Part shown: piece after piece, positions 60,760 to 64,000 of the stretch
How the letters are laid out: each line of letters opens with the position of its first letter
How positions within the stretch are numbered: the first letter of the stretch is position 1
From: Pirellulales bacterium
GTDB lineage: Bacteria > Planctomycetota > Planctomycetia > Pirellulales > JADZDJ01
Assembly (NCBI GenBank): GCA_020851115.1
Contig: JADZDJ010000177.1
Location: 1,214 to 65,213, forward strand
Length of the DNA stretch: 64,000 bases
Direction of reading: 5' to 3'
Position numbers and translations under genes: made by a program
The notes under the pieces: generated by a model
The model's database searches: none
What the model was told of the DNA's origin: nothing
Seen by the model: the letters and a program-made list of their open reading frames with translations, nothing else

Positions 60760-63627
60760 GTGAACAACGGCTTCATTTCACTGCGCGGGGTCGAGGTGCA
60801 TAACCTCAAGGGGATCGATCTCGACATCCCCCATCGCAAGCTCGTCGTGTTTTGCGGGCTGAGTGGTAGTGGGAAGACAAGCCTGGCGCTCGATACGCTC
60901 TACGCCGAGGGGCAACGGCGGTATATCGAAACGTTTTCGGCCTACACGCGGCAATTTCTCGACCGGCTCGAGCGGCCGGCCGCGGAAAGGATCACCGGAA
61001 TTCCGCCAGCCGTAGCCGTAACGCATCAATCGCCGAGCAAGTCGAGTCGCAGCACGGTCGGGACGACGACCGAGACGACCGATTATTTGCGGTTGTTGTT
61101 TGCCAAAATTGGGCGAGTGATTTGCCAGACTTGCGGACAAGAGGTGCGGCAGGAAACGCCGCAATCGGCGGCGGAGATTCTGCTCAAGTTGCCGGAAGGA
61201 ATGCGTTTTATCGTCGCGTTTCCGGCAAGCTGGCAACAGCAGCAATCTCATCCAGACACGTCCTCTCCTAGAGAAGCAGAAAAATGGGTCGCGGATTTGA
61301 AGGAACAGGGGTTTGTGCGAGTGATCGCTGGTGAGCGGTCGATCAATCTGGCGGATGAATCACTCCGGGTGACGGATGCGGCTTTTGTCGTCGTCGATCG
61401 GCTGACGACCGGTGCGGCAGTGCAACGGGTTCGCGAATCGCTGGAGACGGCGTTTGCCAAAGGAAGCGGTCGGGCGGTTGTGTTCGTCGATTCGACGGAG
61501 CCGTTGCAAATCGATGAAAAGCCGCGTGGTACGGCGTCGATTCTGGATGGCCGTGTCTGGCAGCGAATCGCGCTGAGCGACCAGATGACCTGCGATCAGT
61601 GCGGCCAGCAGTACCCGCCGCCAGAGCCGCGGCTTTACAGTTTTAACAGCCCGCTCGGAGCCTGCCCTCAGTGCGAAGGCTTCGGCAACGTCATCGACAT
61701 CGACATGGATCTCGTCGTGCCCGATCCGCGCAAGTCGCTGCGCGAGGGCGCCGTCGCCCCGTGGAATACGCCCGCCTACGCGCATGAGCTGGAGGAATTG
61801 CTGGCGCTGGCGGATGATTACAAGCTGCCGGTCGATGTGCCGTTCAAGAATTTGACCGAAACTCAGATTCAAATCGTGCGCGAGGGCGTACCTGAGCGGA
61901 ATTTTGGCGGCCTGCGGGGGTTTTTCGCGTGGCTCGAAAAACGCAAGTATAAAATGCACTTGCGGGTGTTCTTGGCGCGGTGGCGGAGTTATCGCGAGTG
62001 CCCCACATGCCGTGGTGCGCGGTTGCGACCGGAAGCGCTTGCCACACAAGTCGGCGGGCGGAACATTGCGGAGCTGTCGGCGCTTAAGATTCGCGACGCG
62101 GTGGAGTTCTTCCGCAAACTTGAGCTGCCGGACTGGCAGCGCGCAGTCGGCCGAACGATGCTGGAGCAAGTGGCGGCGCGGTTGGGTTTTTTGGAGGCGG
62201 TTGGCTTGGGTTATTTGACGCTCGATCGCACGCTGCGCACGCTGAGCGGCGGCGAGGTGCAGCGAGTGTCGTTAACGACCGCGCTGGGGTCGAGCCTGGT
62301 CAACATGCTGTACGTGCTCGACGAGCCATCGATCGGACTGCATCCGGCCGACGTCGAACGGCTGGTTCGGGCGGTGATTTCGCTGCGCGACCGCGGCAAT
62401 ACGGTTTGTGTCGTCGAACATGAAGAATCGTTGATCCGCGCGGCCGACCAAGTCATTGAAATCGGTCCAGGCGCCGGCGAGCGCGGCGGAACCGTTGTGT
62501 TTCAAGGGACGCCGGCCGAGATCGAGCGGAATCCACGGAGCGTCACGGGAGACTATCTTGCCGGACGACGCGGCGTGAGCGTGCCGAACAAACGGCGGCG
62601 GGCCGATCACGGTTGGCTCAAGGTGACCAACGCCTGCGGCAACAATTTGAAAGGCATTAGCGTCGAGTTTCCGCTGGGCGTACTCTGCCTGGTGACAGGG
62701 GTCAGCGGCGCAGGGAAAAGCACGCTGGTGGAAGACACGCTCTATCCAGCGCTGCGGCGGCGGATGCGGCTGGAAGCGCCCAAACCCGCGCCGCACGGCG
62801 ATGTGTTTGGCGACGGACAATTGAATGAAGTGATTTTGGTCGATCAAAATCCGATCGGCCGCTCGCCGCGCTCCAATCCGGTGACGTACATCAAAGCGTT
62901 CGATGAAATTCGCCATGTGTTTGCCGAAACGCTCGAGGCGCGCACGCGAAACTATTCGGCCAGCTACTTCAGTTTTAACGTCGATGGAGGCCGCTGCTCG
63001 GCGTGCAACGGAGACGGGTACCTGGAAATCGACATGCAGTTTCTGGCCGACGTATTCATGAAATGCAGCCAATGTCAAGGGAAACGATACCGGCCGGAAA
63101 TTTTGAAAGTCAAATACCGCGGGCGCAGCATCGCGGAAGTGCTGGAGATGACGGTTCGCGAAGCGTTTACGTTCTTTCGCGGCTGCCCCAAGGTGCAGAC
63201 GAAATTGAAGTTGCTGATCGACGTGGGGCTTGATTATTTGCGGCTTGGCCAAGGGGCGAATACGCTTTCGGGCGGCGAGGCGCAGCGACTGAAATTGGCA
63301 GGTTACATGTCGGCGGCGAAGCGAAATCGGTCGCTGTTTATTTTGGATGAGCCGACCACTGGGCTGCACTTCGCCGACGTGGTGCAACTCATCGATTGCT
63401 TCGATGCGTTGTTGGCCGTGGGGCATTCGCTGATTGTCGTTGAACACAACATGCAGATGATGAAAGCGGCGGATTGGATCATCGACCTGGGACCAGGGGC
63501 GGCCGATGAAGGAGGCAGAATTGTCGCGCAGGGATCGCCGGAGTTGATTGCAAATAGCAAAGCGTCGGTGACGGGTAGATTGTTGGCAAAGGCGCTGGCC
63601 CAGGGGGCCCAGGAAGCGTCGGCGTAA
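60760..63627 (+). CDS. uvrA: Excinuclease ABC subunit A
   Basis: HNLK, GLSGSGKTSLALDTLYAEGQRRY, Zn fingers, two LSGGE motifs, GVSGAGKSTL, LDEPTTGLH. Confidence 0.94.
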   Translation: MNNGFISLRGVEVHNLKGIDLDIPHRKLVVFCGLSGSGKTSLALDTLYAEGQRRYIETFSAYTRQFLDRLERPAAERITGIPPAVAVTHQSPSKSSRSTVGTTTETTDYLRLLFAKIGRVICQTCGQEVRQETPQSAAEILLKLPEGMRFIVAFPASWQQQQSHPDTSSPREAEKWVADLKEQGFVRVIAGERSINLADESLRVTDAAFVVVDRLTTGAAVQRVRESLETAFAKGSGRAVVFVDSTEPLQIDEKPRGTASILDGRVWQRIALSDQMTCDQCGQQYPPPEPRLYSFNSPLGACPQCEGFGNVIDIDMDLVVPDPRKSLREGAVAPWNTPAYAHELEELLALADDYKLPVDVPFKNLTETQIQIVREGVPERNFGGLRGFFAWLEKRKYKMHLRVFLARWRSYRECPTCRGARLRPEALATQVGGRNIAELSALKIRDAVEFFRKLELPDWQRAVGRTMLEQVAARLGFLEAVGLGYLTLDRTLRTLSGGEVQRVSLTTALGSSLVNMLYVLDEPSIGLHPADVERLVRAVISLRDRGNTVCVVEHEESLIRAADQVIEIGPGAGERGGTVVFQGTPAEIERNPRSVTGDYLAGRRGVSVPNKRRRADHGWLKVTNACGNNLKGISVEFPLGVLCLVTGVSGAGKSTLVEDTLYPALRRRMRLEAPKPAPHGDVFGDGQLNEVILVDQNPIGRSPRSNPVTYIKAFDEIRHVFAETLEARTRNYSASYFSFNVDGGRCSACNGDGYLEIDMQFLADVFMKCSQCQGKRYRPEILKVKYRGRSIAEVLEMTVREAFTFFRGCPKVQTKLKLLIDVGLDYLRLGQGANTLSGGEAQRLKLAGYMSAAKRNRSLFILDEPTTGLHFADVVQLIDCFDALLAVGHSLIVVEHNMQMMKAADWIIDLGPGAADEGGRIVAQGSPELIANSKASVTGRLLAKALAQGAQEASA

Positions 63628-64000
63628 TGGGGAACGGGAGATCGTGATTACCGTACTGGTCACAAACATCCTCCTGCTTTCGTCCGCATGCCCTGCGCAG
63701 AGTCGGGAGCCTTGCGGAGCGCAACTTTGGATGATGAATGGTGTGTGGCGGAAGCGGTGTTTTTCGTTCTCCTGTCGGTGTTTCGCGGAGAATTTGCGTT
63801 TGGCGTCATCGTGCGATTTCGAAAAAAATTTTTGCAGTGGAATTGAAGGAGTGGGAAAAGTGTAGTTTTTCCCGAGCGCCATGCAGTTTCCGGGAGGGCA
63901 AATGTCCGGTTCATTTCCGGGGGGGTTCGCAAAAAAACGGGAAGCGACCGCGAAATGGATCGGGAATTTACGATTGTTTTTGACGTTCGAGGCGTGGCGA

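Noticed and set aside
63628..64000. ncRNA or small gene after uvrA
   Set aside because: AT-rich tracts look like a promoter region for a gene outside the window; no tRNA/rRNA or convincing ORF is recognisable.

Overview
This is a GC-rich bacterial window, almost certainly from a Planctomycete (Pirellulales-like), judged by the DUF1549/DUF1553 + DUF1501 pair, the hopanoid genes, the spd-type EF-G and the heptamer tandem repeats. Most of it is housekeeping and envelope genes: pepT, kdsC/kdsD, an Lpt-like protein, shc/hpnH, an ABC exporter, TPR-ExbB, hrpB, fusA, murD and uvrA. Two phage-derived islands stand out. (1) 8989-14490 (-) is an intact, compact head-only operon: portal, a small DUF2292-like gene, prohead protease, cement, major capsid, and gpW- and gpFII-like proteins. 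It has no terminase, tail, integrase or replication genes, sits between host genes, and has a sigma70-like promoter containing a LexA-type GTAC-N4-GTTC box. (2) ~31600-37436 (+) encodes a hydrophobic small protein, an intracellular-type subtilisin, two CxxCH proteins, a ParB-C-terminus-like relic and a Mom-like ABC-ATPase/GNAT fusion. The two islands, 19 kb apart, share a leader hairpin/terminator ending in the identical 15-mer GGCTTTTTTCGTTGC. The best hypothesis is a domesticated, multi-locus, co-regulated phage-derived particle system (GTA-like). All family assignments come from motif recognition, not database searches.
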